Assembly (NCBI GenBank): GCA_010015805.1
Contig: ML978123.1
Coordinates: 434,001-498,000, forward strand
DNA from: Rhizodiscina lignyota
Taxonomy: Eukaryota
Reading direction: 5' to 3'
Length of the DNA: 64,000 bases
The stretch's first letter is position 1. Every line of letters begins with the position of its first letter. The notes under the pieces were generated by a model. The model searched no databases. It was not told where the DNA came from and saw nothing but the letters and a program-made list of their open reading frames with translations. A program made the position numbers and the translations under genes. Positions 12,474 through 24,698 of this stretch are shown piece after piece.

Positions 12474-13425
12474 ACCATGATAAGCTATTCTTTCGCAGTC
12501 TTCTATTCAGGAAGCCCGAGACATCGCCGTAGGGCATTCGGACGAGTTCGAGGCCAGTGGCAACATCAACATGCGAGCTCATACAAGGCGGTAGCAGAGC
12601 TGCAAGGAAACGCCGTTGGATCTTGACTGCCGAGTGTCGTGAGGATGACATGTGAATGGCATTGGAAGGGTTACAGTATACCGTTCGAAGGTAGCCGGCC
12701 CGTGTTGTCGATGAGATGGGCCGGTGCTTCAGGCCATGCGCATCCTTCCAAGCCCTTCATGAAGTCAGTTCATGTTACACCATTCGTACTTACGGTTCAC
12801 TCCTTATCAACGACCGCGTATGCCTAGGGAGAGCACCCACTTAATGCTAGACCTGGCATTCCCGGGTCTAGTACCTAAACTCCGGGTGTCCAAGGCACCT
12901 AGCTCTGGGGTCCATGGGTGCTCCAGCCCCCGTGATACGGGTACTTCAGCACCGAGGCTGGGGGCACTTTAGTACCGAGGCCGGGAATGCGCTATCCCTT
13001 ATCTAAAGGTACCGGACACTCGTGTGGGTCTTGACCCGGGAGAGAGCATTGCGTGACGCCGTGATCATAGTGGATTTCAATCAGTTGGATCGATCTTTAG
13101 CGGATTGAACTTGCTTCGAAATTTTTGTGTCGCATCCGACGTTAAAGCTCAGCTGTAGCTGTAGCCAATCAGAGGGGGGTAGAGATATACTGCCTCAAAA
13201 CCCCCTTCCTTTCAATCGTGCACCAGGGGTACCAGTCGTCTAAGATAGCCAGCCGCGATCGACCCGACGGATTTAAATCCACTATGGCCGTACTTCCCAG
13301 ATGCTTCAAAATGAGAGCACAATATATAATTTACCAATAGGTATTTAGGTGCTCTAGAGACCCGTTGCTTGGACGTGATGGATTCGTTTCCCCAACAACA
13401 CATTTTCCTGCCCCTTGTTCTAGAC

Positions 13426-14714
13426 ATGGCACTTTGGCCACCGGCACCGCTGCCGAAAAGCCCGCTCGGCTTCTACAGGCTTCTTGGTCCAAAATGTGGA
13501 CTTCGCGTCTCACCGATCTGCCTCGGGGCGATGAATTTCGGCGACGGTTGGTGAGTGCCGAACTGACGCCTCTATATTGGCCCGTCAAAGGGACTTGCGT
13601 TTACGATTCTCCCATAGGAAACACCAAATGGGCCTTTGCTCCAAGGAGACGACGTATGAGATCCTGGACTACTTCAAGTCGAAGGGAGGCAATTTCGTAG
13701 ACACCGCGAACGCGTATTAATGGGAAGACTCGGAGGCGTGGCTTGGGGACTGGATGGAGGCGAGAAATTGCCGAGAGCAGATGGTCGTTGCAACCAAGTA
13801 CACGACGAACTATCAGCTCTACAAAGGTACCGATGAAATCATTCAAGCCAACTATGGCGGAAATAGCATGAAGAGTATGAGGGTTTCTGTCGACGCGAGC
13901 TTGAAGAAACTCAAGACAGATTACATTGATATCCTCTATGTCCACTGGGTAAGTCGGCGCCGCATGTCCACAATTTCACAAGGGCGTGCCCGAGCTGACA
14001 GGCTCGGTGTAACAGTGGTCGTACGACACTCCGATCGAGGAGATTATGCACGGACTCAACGACCTGGTCGTCCAAGGCAAGGTTCTGTATCTGGGAATCT
14101 CGGATACCCCGGCCTGGATCGTGAGCCGCGCGAACACCTACGCGCGCGCGCTTGGGCTGCGTCCCTTCGTGGTGTACCAGGGCAACTGGTCTGCCGCGCA
14201 GAGATCGTTCGAACGAGAAATCATCCCCATGGCTCGGGCAGAGGGGATGGCGCTTGCGCCTTGGGGCGTGCTCGGCGGCGGACTCTTCAAGACGGAGGAG
14301 CAGTTGAAGCAGCAGGAGGGTCGGAAGGGCCGCACGCCGTCTGAGGCGCAAAAGAAGGTCAGCAAGGCACTCGAGGAAATCGCCAAGAGCAAGGGCACCA
14401 TCATGACTTCCGTGGCCTTCGCATATGTGATATATAAGTATCCCTACGTCTTCCCAATCTGCGGAGGCCGGAATGTGAAGCATCTCGAGGGCAACATTGC
14501 GGCGTTGGAGTTGAAGCTGTCCAAGGAGGATATCAAGGCCATCGAGTCCGCTGTTCCTTTCGATCGCGGTTTCCCGTATTCCATGCTGAACCCACAGCTT
14601 GACGACATGTTTGAAGGGCCGATGGATATCTACCTGAACAAGGCCTACGTTCACATCGACCAGGTGGGCGTGGAGAAACCAATCACTCCGGGTGAGCATA
14701 CATTCGCGGAATAG
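13426..14714 (+). pseudogene. Aldo-keto reductase of the aryl-alcohol dehydrogenase/NorA type, with an in-frame TAA at 13718-13720
   Basis: GLRVSPICLGAMNFG, GGNFVDTANAY*WEDSEAWLGDWM, VATKYT, TDYIDILYVHW, GKVLYLGISDTPAW; introns 13551-13617 and 13949-14014. The stop falls where the family has Gln (DTAN.YQ). Confidence 0.85.
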
Positions 14715-16570
14715 AGCTGGCGAGGATACTGCTGTTCATCCAAAAGAATTGGTCAAATTAAAAGCTTAGAACCTGAAACCCCACATTTAACAAATTTCCT
14801 GCTCGCATTCATCCAACATCTCTTCACTCCCAAGGTTGAGTCACGACTACTGACCTTTGCCGCGTTTCTTCATCGTAAATCGTAGAGTCCACAGGTATTT
14901 TAGGCTCGCGAGGTGGAATCGTATCTTGATCAATGATCGGTACTTACATGGTCTGTAAGAGGTAGACTCATGCCCATCGTAGAACGACGGCGGGCAGATA
15001 AAGACGGTAGAACGGTCAGCTAGGAAATCGGCCTGCCGTAACAGGGGCGGCGAAAAGATAGCAGGATCAGGTGTCATTAGAAAAGGATACTAGGAAATAA
15101 CAGAGAGTCGCAGAAGGAAGAAACAGGGAGTGTAATAGATAGGGGTAAGAATTCTGCGTAGTAGCAACGGAGACCAATGTCGAGCGCTCCATGCCAGCCG
15201 ATCAACGTAGAATTGCAATCAGCGTACAGTACAATAAGTCCGTTGAGAAAAAATAGTCGCACCCTGAGTCAAGCAAAGTATACGGCGAAACTTCAGTGGC
15301 GGACTAATGGCAGCCTTCGAAATTGACCGTTAGCCACAAGCACTTCACCGGCGCTCTACCTTGGGAACTGTAGCCGGAGAAATACGAACAACTCCCAGGG
15401 CGCACACGTCAATAGTGCGATGAGAGACGACGCCAGACGTATAGAAATAATGACGATTGCAATTGAGTTGGTGCAATTGACGCGAGGAGGACCAGGTGGA
15501 GTTGCGACGCGTATCTCGCATTCTAGGTATCAACACCGCTCAGTGAAGCCGTTCGGAGTTCGAAATCGCGGGGACTATAGATGATAGATCGCATCGGATT
15601 GGATGCTCATGACGATTTGAGCACGATTGCGCGTTGGCGTGACGCGGCTAATAGCAGTCGGACTTCGAGAAGACGATGCAGAAGACGAGATCAACAAAAC
15701 GGCCTGAGCGAATTCGGAGTGAGGTCTAACTAAGCACGGTAATCTCCACTCCGGGTCAACCGCCAAGGCAAAGTGGACAGACAAAAGCTAGCGGATTTCT
15801 TGGCAGGGCTGAGTACGTTTTGAGTCAGAAGCGGACGGGACCTGGCCCCCATGACAAAGCCGTCCCTATGCAACATCACTTCGCGCCCTAACCACGCCCT
15901 AACCACTCCCTCATCCAGACAAGTGACTTCTGCCTTTGTCGGTATCGTGGCTTAGAAATTGCATTGTACCATTAACGAAGTTTTGGTCGCATGATGTTGC
16001 CATCGTGATCGCGCTCACCGAAGAGTGCGCTCACCGAAGGGTATTGCCGGTCTCGCAACCAGAATCTCATTCCAACATAAGCCAGGAAGTCTCCGGGTGA
16101 CTCAATCCGGTAACCCGTTGAGTGTCCATTTAGCGAAAAGACGGCGCCGCGCGCCATGCAGGAGGATGGTCCTTTTTGTTTCGTCAGTTATGGTGAAATT
16201 AGCCAACAGACGTGCCGCCTGATTCTGAGCGTGAACTCCTGTTGGTCGAACGCGCCTGAGGCCATGTACGGAGTTGAGGCGGCACAGCCTTTGCAAGACC
16301 ATGTGCACCCTGGATTATGGAGAGATTCAATCGGAGTTGGAAGCCGTAATGCAAACTACGTGGGCCGAATACGAGCGGAAATAGTTATGACTGCTGATGC
16401 CTTGGGCATGTAGGTATATAGTCATACACCGTTTCTCTGAATATCGCGTTCAATCTATTCAGTCCATTAGTACACCGTCTCCAGCGTAGATCTTCTCGAT
16501 CCCACTTGCAATCTACATAATCATTCTTCTGTTGCAGACTCATCAGTATATCCATCAAGCCATCTCTACA

Positions 16571-16882
16571 ATGTCGGCCTCTCATACTGCCGCCTACATC
16601 CGGGCAGACTCCACTTCTCCCTCTACCTCAACGCCCTCCAAGACAAATTCGAATTCAAAGCCGCACACAGCTGCGGATAGTGCTTCGATTCAGAGCGCAT
16701 CGACTACCAACAGCTCAACGCACCTGCTCAAATCGATGTTCAAGAAGTCTGACAACTCCAATTATAAGAAACTGGACGACAAGAAATCAGACAAAGCAGA
16801 GAAGAGAGCCGAGAAAAACAAGAACCTCACCAAGACTTTGGCTTCGACTGAGGCAGCTGCGACCTACATGATGTTCAGATAG
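16571..16882 (+). CDS. Small Ser/Lys-rich fungal hypothetical protein (103 aa)
   Basis: ATG in good context (ACAATG) and coding-like codon use. DSASIQSASTTNSSTHLLK and the C-terminal EAAATYMMFR resemble a common Pezizomycotina small-protein pattern. Confidence 0.65.
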   Translation: MSASHTAAYIRADSTSPSTSTPSKTNSNSKPHTAADSASIQSASTTNSSTHLLKSMFKKSDNSNYKKLDDKKSDKAEKRAEKNKNLTKTLASTEAAATYMMFR

Positions 16883-17517
16883 GCATCATAATTGGACGCC
16901 AAGAGCAGCTTCAACACAATTCAGAATGCGACAAGGTCAACAACGGCCCCTATAAGCAACACATCGCTTCCGGCCTCCGGTTTCGGAAGACTCCTTCAGT
17001 CATGTGGCGTTCTTAAAATATTGGCTTTGGGTTCAGACTGGTACATGGGCTAAAGACCATTAGGATCGACGGATGAACAATGACGTTGGGTCGGCGGGTT
17101 GTGGTGATGACCACCGCAACGTATGTAAACCGCGGTGATGTTAAACAGCACACAGTATCAGGAACGCTGCGCGGTACTGTTAGGAGAACAGGGAGCTTAA
17201 TGATTTTTTATTGTATCTATCACTTCTGTTTCACAGTCTTATATCAGCTTGAGAATTCATAAACACTGAGCAAATAGCGTTCACCCACCAATCAAGTCAA
17301 AGATCTCATTATGAACAACGATATTTCTCCCATTTCCACATCATAACTATCTAATTGATAAACTCCAAAGGCGCTTAGTATCCATGTACGCACCTCATCA
17401 TCACAGGATCATAGCGTCGGTGATCATCGGCACAGGTTACACGAGGCAGCAACACCACTTAACCTCGAAATTAACTTCTTAAACACAACTCTGCGTACCC
17501 TCCTCAAAGTTTAAGCG

Positions 17518-17566
17518 ACGCGAACGCGTACGTCACGAGGCGCACCAGCACACAGAGGCTATAAAA
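17518..17566 (+). promoter_or_regulatory. Tandem MCB-like boxes (ACGCGA, ACGCGT) plus TATAAAA upstream of the gene at 17764
   Basis: ACGCGA 17518-17523, ACGCGT 17524-17529 and TATAAAA 17560-17566, followed by a pyrimidine/CA-rich leader. Confidence 0.45.
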
Positions 17567-17763
17567 TCTCCACCGCCCTCCACGGACCTTCAACCTTTCT
17601 TCTTCCACCACAACACCAAACATATCTGTTGCTTGCAGCAGATAGAGCAAGTGGTCAGCATCATCACTAAATCCTGTAACGTAGAGAGTTCATCTCTCTG
17701 AGCGTCAGCAACACACGACTTCCATCAACAAGTGAAGCACACCACCTCACTACTGTTGTCAAG

Positions 17764-18910
17764 ATGCCTCGCCGTGGCAACCCCATGCGAACACCCTCCG
17801 AGGCAAGCCTGAACATAGCTGCCGACTTCCAGCAGCCCACTCATGGTCTTCCCATCGTCCGTCCCCAGGCCCCGGAACACCTCCCCTATCGTGGCCTTGG
17901 CAAGCGCAAGCTCACCACCACGCGTCCGAGCTATGCTGATCAAGGTGACGAGGGCGACACCAATGATGGTGATTATCGTGAGATGGACGCTGAATCATCT
18001 GCCCTGTTCGAACCCTCTCCTGCTAGCCGCCCAGGCAGGAAGAAGAAGCCTCGTCACTTTGGCGGCAACCTCGGTGCCCAGTCTGCTGCTGCGAAGGATC
18101 TCGCCAGAGAGGAGTTCGAGGAAGAAGACGACACTGACGATGAGGACTGCGAGGACGTCGTTGAGCCGGACGTGCCGCTTCACCAAACCCATGCGCACAA
18201 GCTCAAGGAGCACTACTTCGCTGACGAGACCTTCGGCGTCAACTTCGCCCTCGGCGGCTCCTCTCCCTCTGGCACGTTCAAGCTCGCTGGTCCTGGCGTA
18301 GTCAAGGTAAGTTAAGTCATCCCAGACCCCCACCTTTAGAACACCAATGTTATGTCAGGGCAAGCGCGTCCGTCCCGAGCACGACCCGGAAAACATCGAG
18401 ATCAAGAACATGCGCCAGTACGAGCACCTGTCGTGGACGGAGATCTGCCGCATCCTCAACGACGAGCGCGTCAGGAACGGCCAGATCCCTGACTTGAGCG
18501 AGGCGGCTGTGTACTCGCGCTTCGTGCGCAACGCTCCTCGTATCGCGGCTCAGCAGGGCGATGATGGCTTCGACCCCAAGGACTACATGCACCTCAAGAA
18601 CACCGGCACGCGCGACAATGGCTATGGCCCAGGTGCTGGTAGCAAGTCGGGCTATGTCCGTGGTGGTCGGCCTCAAGAGAAGAGGACTATTTGGGTAAGC
18701 TGCAAGTTGATTTTCGTATGGGATCCCTCTCTCTTTTGCACTGCTAATTCTTGAGTTTAATTGCAGGGCAAGCGCCTTGACGAGGCTCTGGTCGAAGCTG
18801 TCGCGGACGCTCGCAAGGCGTTCTGGGACAATGTGTCCGACCTCATGGAGGCACGGATGAGCAAGAAGATCCCTCCGGAGGCGTGTGCTGAGCGCTTCAA
18901 ATTGCTCTAA
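17764..18910 (+). CDS. Hypothetical nuclear protein with HTH/Myb-like segments
   Basis: Exons 17764-18306, 18359-18694 and 18767-18910 are in frame. Motifs DPENIEIKNMRQYEHLSWTEICRILN, AVYSRFVRNAPRIA and FWDNVSDLM..ACAERF; NLS-like RKKKPR; acidic tract. Confidence 0.8.
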
Positions 18911-19846
18911 GCGACAACGACACGATACGAATCGACAACACCGATGCTTAAAGACGGCTCCTAAAGCGGTGTTATGGAGTACGACGGTTACTCCGAATGA
19001 CGGCAAGGCGGCAAGCGATAGGGCTTGCAATGAAAGTGGTGAATGAGGGATGAAGTTGGACGGCGGAGGAGTTTTAGGTGGTCTAAATTGTTCCAATTGT
19101 CTGGGATTCGGGTGGTTCGGTGACGGACATACTTGCATACTTGTTTCAATCAAGACTGCAAAAGTAAAAGTGAGCCGTGTGGGTTTCCCGCCGGCTAGGT
19201 GTTTTCATACAGTCCAACTTAATACCCTCTTTCAATGGAATAAACATTATAAACCCTGGAAAGAATGATTTTGCAATATCCTACCCGTGACGCTTACGCT
19301 GAGTCTGGTGGCATCTACGACATTACGGGAAGGCAATCTTCTAATCGTCCGGCAGCCATGGCAGCAGTGTGTGAGAATACGTTGCAATGGAATTTCGTTC
19401 ACGCTGGATATCAGCTGGACAGGCAGGTGAACATAGTCCTTTCAGAGCGGCACACTTCTGACACTCGAGAGTGCGGTGAGGCATCGAGACCCTACTGCTT
19501 GAGGCTCTCCAGTCAGCCTCGACAGTGCCAAAATTACTGGATTCAGAAGATGTGGAGAAGCTATTGGGAGACAAAGTTTTGATACCTAGAATTCGTCGTA
19601 CCAAAGCTGAAGCAACTTAAAGCGGTCGAACTGCCCGGCCCCCACGCCAATAACAAAATACCCGCTGTTGACGTCCCCTCGCGACCAATATACCCATCGT
19701 GCTAGTTATACAGTATGCAATCTGTTCCGATCCAAACGCCGCGCGTCCTTCACAAAATCCGCCGCCGGTGATCCGTTTTTTACCCGTGAACGCCAAAAGC
19801 AATGCGAAACAAACATCACATAAGGCCGCCCGCATTCACGAGCTGA

Positions 19847-21153
19847 TCAGTCATCCTCTGCCTCTTCCACGCTTGCGTGCATGGGGCGTTGAGTAACAGT
19901 GCCAGAGGGCGCTGGTGCCGTCTCTGCTGATGTGGTGCCAGTCTGGCTCTCGACTGCGACGGGAGCACTTAGGGTGGGGGTACTTTGGGCCGGAGCACTT
20001 TCGGGCGGAGCACTTTCGCCGGGGGCACTTGGGGTGGGAGTACTATCAGTCTCCGCAGGCTTGCCGTTCGCTTTACCATTGGCCTGTCCTGCCCTCTTCG
20101 CAGCTTTCTCGGCGCGTTTAGCTTTGGCGCGACGCTTCACTTCTTTGGGGTCCTGCATGTCGTCAAATTCTCATATGGAAGAAGTCGTGCAAAAATTACC
20201 TCATGCCATGCCCAGAATGGCTTAAACGAATCGAAGAAGCCCACATCCTCGAACAGGTTCGGGAACAGCCAGAGACCAGGTGGAGTGGCAAACATGGTGA
20301 TGATGAAGAGAATGAGACGGAAGATGGCCATGGCAAAGAACAGGCCCAGCAGGCCTGTCATGCCGACGCTGAGGTACCACACGCCTTGACGAAGGACCAG
20401 TGGCCAGAGCGGGAACATGACGACAGCGAAGACGGCGATGAGCGCGCCGACGGCGTACAATTTGTTCTTCCACTGCGAGCCCTCGTACAGCCACATGTAG
20501 TGCATGTCATCGTGCGCCTCTTGCTGCTGTTCGATCTTGACGGTCCACAAACCCTTGACGCGCTTCTGCTTGCCGTGATTGTGGCCCTCGTGTGGGTCGA
20601 CTTTGGAGACGCGCAGTGCGAGAAGTGAGAGAGGGAGAAGCTTGAATGTGTTTTCGGCGGTGGCACGGTCGGTGACGGGAGGCAGGAGATTGTTCTTCTT
20701 GCGGGCTTTCTCGTAGACGGGAGACTGGAGGGCGCGGATTGCTCGTTTGACTGCTTATACGTTAGTGGAGAGCTGCGGATATTGCCAGGGGAACAACACT
20801 CTACCTCTGAACAAGTCTCTTCGCTTCTCCTGGTAGATACAAGTGCGCGACTTCAGGTCTTGCGATCGAAGAAAGTGTGCAACTGCGAGCGCTTCTGGCT
20901 TCGGCGGTCCTGGGGTGATGGGTTGCTGGCGCATTTGCTGCTGTTGCTGTGCCGCTTGTTGTTGAGCTTGTGCTTGTTGCTGGGCCTGGTGCTGTTGCAT
21001 GGCTTGCTGCTTCAACTTCTCGACATATTGCTGGATGGTTAGGCCCTCCTTCTGCGCTGCTTCAGCGATTTGTCGCTGGATCATTTGGATTTGTTCGGGA
21101 GAAGGGTTCTGGCCGGGAGGGGGCCCCATGGGCATTGCCACTGGCTGTGCCAT
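19847..21153 (-). CDS. SEC62: ER translocation protein Sec62
   Basis: Introns 20751-20804 and 20153-20199; FRVKRAIRAL, two TM helices (VVMFPLWP, FFAMAIFRLILF), GLWLFPNLFEDVGFFDSFKPFWAW; Q-rich N-terminus. Confidence 0.95.
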
Positions 21154-21506
21154 CGTGACGTTTTGGAGGAGCGCGAACTCGTGTTCTGTGTGCAAGTGAA
21201 TGTTGGAATTTGGACGGATTAGTTTGCGGTGAATGTTTGCGAAGATGCCACTCTGGCTGTATGCGGTTGGTGAGATGCGCTAAGGGACCCCTGCAGCCCG
21301 TGCCAAAAATACTGGTGCCCGCGGGCGGGTGAACTGAGGTTGAACTTCGGGAGCAACTCGTGCAGCCGCAGCCGCACTTTGAAATTTTCCAAAGACACGG
21401 GCCAGAGCCTCAACTCTTCATCGACCTTAAGCAAGAGAATCGCCAACATCATCATTCTCTTCTACCAAGACTTATCGGAAGAGGCAGACTACCTCTCGCA
21501 CTAGCC

Positions 21507-22228
<722 letters not shown>

Positions 22229-24540
22229 TTGGCTCGTTTCATGAATTGCTTATGTAGTTTCAAAGAAGTAATGAAATCCAACATGACCCCCGGCGACGGA
22301 TAGTCCCGCGCCAATGTGGAAGGTTATTGACGTTTTCTTTTCTCCTGAGATCTTGATACCCAAATCTCCGACGTGTTTCTTTTGTCCTAAATATGCCACT
22401 TTGCCACACTCTGGCCCCTGCTTTTCTACCTACAGTTCGGGCCTATTTTGCGCAAAGGAGACAGAGTCTTACGACGGACCATTTACTCACCATGGTGCTC
22501 TTGTTCCGACTGGGACGGTGGGCTCAATGGTCCTTATTTTTGGGTCCACATACAATGAAAATTCAGATGGCTTGTTTGACGATCAATAGCGTTGCCTTGA
22601 TGCATCTGCATGCTAGGGCGATGATAGGCAGCACACCTGCTGGAAGCGTTTCGCGTGTGGGGTTAGCGTTCACGTCTAATGCGTGGCTCCGGCAGCTAAA
22701 AAATGACGAGTTCATCCCATGATATTGACGACCCATGTTCAGTGGAGCAGGCCGGTTATTGCTACAGCCGGGTTCGTAGATTATTTCAGGTTTCGAGTAG
22801 ATTTGCAAATTACGCTCGTGAAAGGTCCACCGGTCCCGTCAGTGCGTGTTCAGCGTGTGGGTGCATGCTCTTTTCGAGAAATTCGCGATGCATTCTAGCT
22901 GCAGGCGACTCCGATTTCGATGGTGGTTCTCGCGCTCATTTGCTGACTGACCATGACCAGCTCAAGAAGCATGACCTTGGTGTGGAGAATGGCGTAAGCC
23001 ACAGCATGCACCTCGCCCAATCTTCGCCGTTCCTGCCGGGGCGCCACGATCCACGTCGAGGAGAGAGTCCTCCGGTGACTGTGAGCGCCGCCGGCAGCGA
23101 GCGACGTGTGTCTTCTTTTCCCTCTTGCAGAGACCGGTGAGGCAGCTTCTGCATTGCTGCAGAGGCGCGAGGCTCTGTATGCTCGTGCAAACGCCCCGAG
23201 CGAGGGCCCCTGCCCTGACTCGCTATACGGCGAGTTGGAAGGATGCTCATGCGCGCAAGATGATGCCTCCAACGGCGCCTGGTCGTTGGAATTTCGCCAG
23301 CGCGGCAAAAGGAACAGCAGCTGGCAGGGGTGCCACGCCACGGCCAGTCAAGGGCCTGGTGATGATTCGAGGTGTGCGTGCATGTTCATGTCAAATTTCA
23401 TGGATCGTCGAGCTCATCAACAGCACAACCTTCTCAGCGTCTAGCTGCCGCGGGCGCCTGCACATGATTTGGCCTTCCGTCGAGCCCTCACGCTGGCGCT
23501 GCAGCGTGTCTGGAGAAGTGAGTGAGTTGGTGCATGAAGCAGACCCGCCCAGCGCCGCGCAGCAAGCAGCCCATCAGCAGCAAGTGTTTCGTGTGCTGCT
23601 GGAGACCTAAGAAAAGCCCCCCCGGAAGCGCCCGCATGCGCGGCGGAATAACGCTCAATGATCGTCGAGAGAGGCTGCTCTAGTATACGGTGGTAGAGTA
23701 GTTATCATATGAATTCGCCTGTGCTGTCCGCCCACCTCTTATTGCACGCCTCTCGCCATACAAGCGCTCCCGTCCCCCAAATACGCCCACCGAAAGCCCG
23801 ACAGCAGCACCGCGGCCGTCACAGAGGCGGCCTTCCGCCTGCAGCAGGGCTCCACTGCTCCAGCTCTCGCTCGTCCGGCAGCTGCTGTGCATGTGTGCGC
23901 TGCGCTGCGCCCCTCTGTGTGACATAAGTCGAAAGCTCCAGGTCGACCAGAGTGCGATCAACACCAGCGGGCAGCCTTATATGTGACTTTCGTCGGCCGA
24001 CTGCTTACCCCCAGCTGGACCTTGAGGCCTGTCAGCCCTCTGTCAGCGTCGCTTGCTCGGCGCATAACCCTCTGTCACCGCATTTGTGCTGTCGCTGCAA
24101 AAAAGGCGATCAGCGCTCGTCTCGGGACGACTCGTTTCTCTGCTCGCCGAACCTCCAACCAAGACCTTCCCGAAGCGCTCCCTTGCATCACCACCACCCG
24201 TGATCGAAGCAACACCTTTCGCTCTGCACAGTCCGCTCTGTCCGACATCTTCACTCTCGCACACCGCCACCGCGTTCCGCTGCCGGCCTTCGTGCGCCCT
24301 GCCGCCGCATCTTTGCTTCTCCGTCGCTTATCTGACGCCTCATTGCTTCTGCGACGTACCTGCGCCGTCCCGTTGCGCCCGACGACAGACCAAACGAAAC
24401 GCCCGCCCGACTATCCCAAGCTCTTTTTATCGCTATTGAATCATACACACCGATCTGGAGGCCGCTGAATGCGAATGGGGCCGTCTAAAGAGGAGAAATG
24501 ACATGTGTGCGTGGCACGAGAAGAACACTTTGGCAAAGAC

Positions 24541-24650
24541 GTAGGCATCCGCCCGCCGTTGTGAAGTCACGGTCGTGGTGAACCAAAGCCGTTACACGTC
24601 GCCAAACGCCCAAAACCGGTCCTTATTTACTAACACTGGATATATTGAAG
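24541..24650 (+). other. Putative 5'-UTR intron of the OGT-like gene
   Basis: Donor GTAGGC at 24541, perfect TACTAAC branch site at 24628-24634 and AAG acceptor ending at 24650, 48 nt before ATG 24699. Confidence 0.6.
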
Positions 24651-24698
24651 CGGATGTACGCACTGTAGCCTAGTTGCTACTTCTGCAACGATCCTGCC

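Noticed and set aside
13911..14699. 262-aa antisense ORF, and similar shadow ORFs over the S10, SEC62 and 17764 genes
   Set aside because: These are shadows of strongly codon-biased genes on the opposite strand and have no recognisable motifs.
14830..16420. Possible eroded gene fragments with some TpA-rich stretches
   Set aside because: No identifiable protein motif or consistent exon chain was found.
19950..20050. Short tandem GGAGCACTT-type repeats
   Set aside because: They encode the low-complexity PT/ESAP tail of Sec62 and are not a CRISPR array or mobile repeat.
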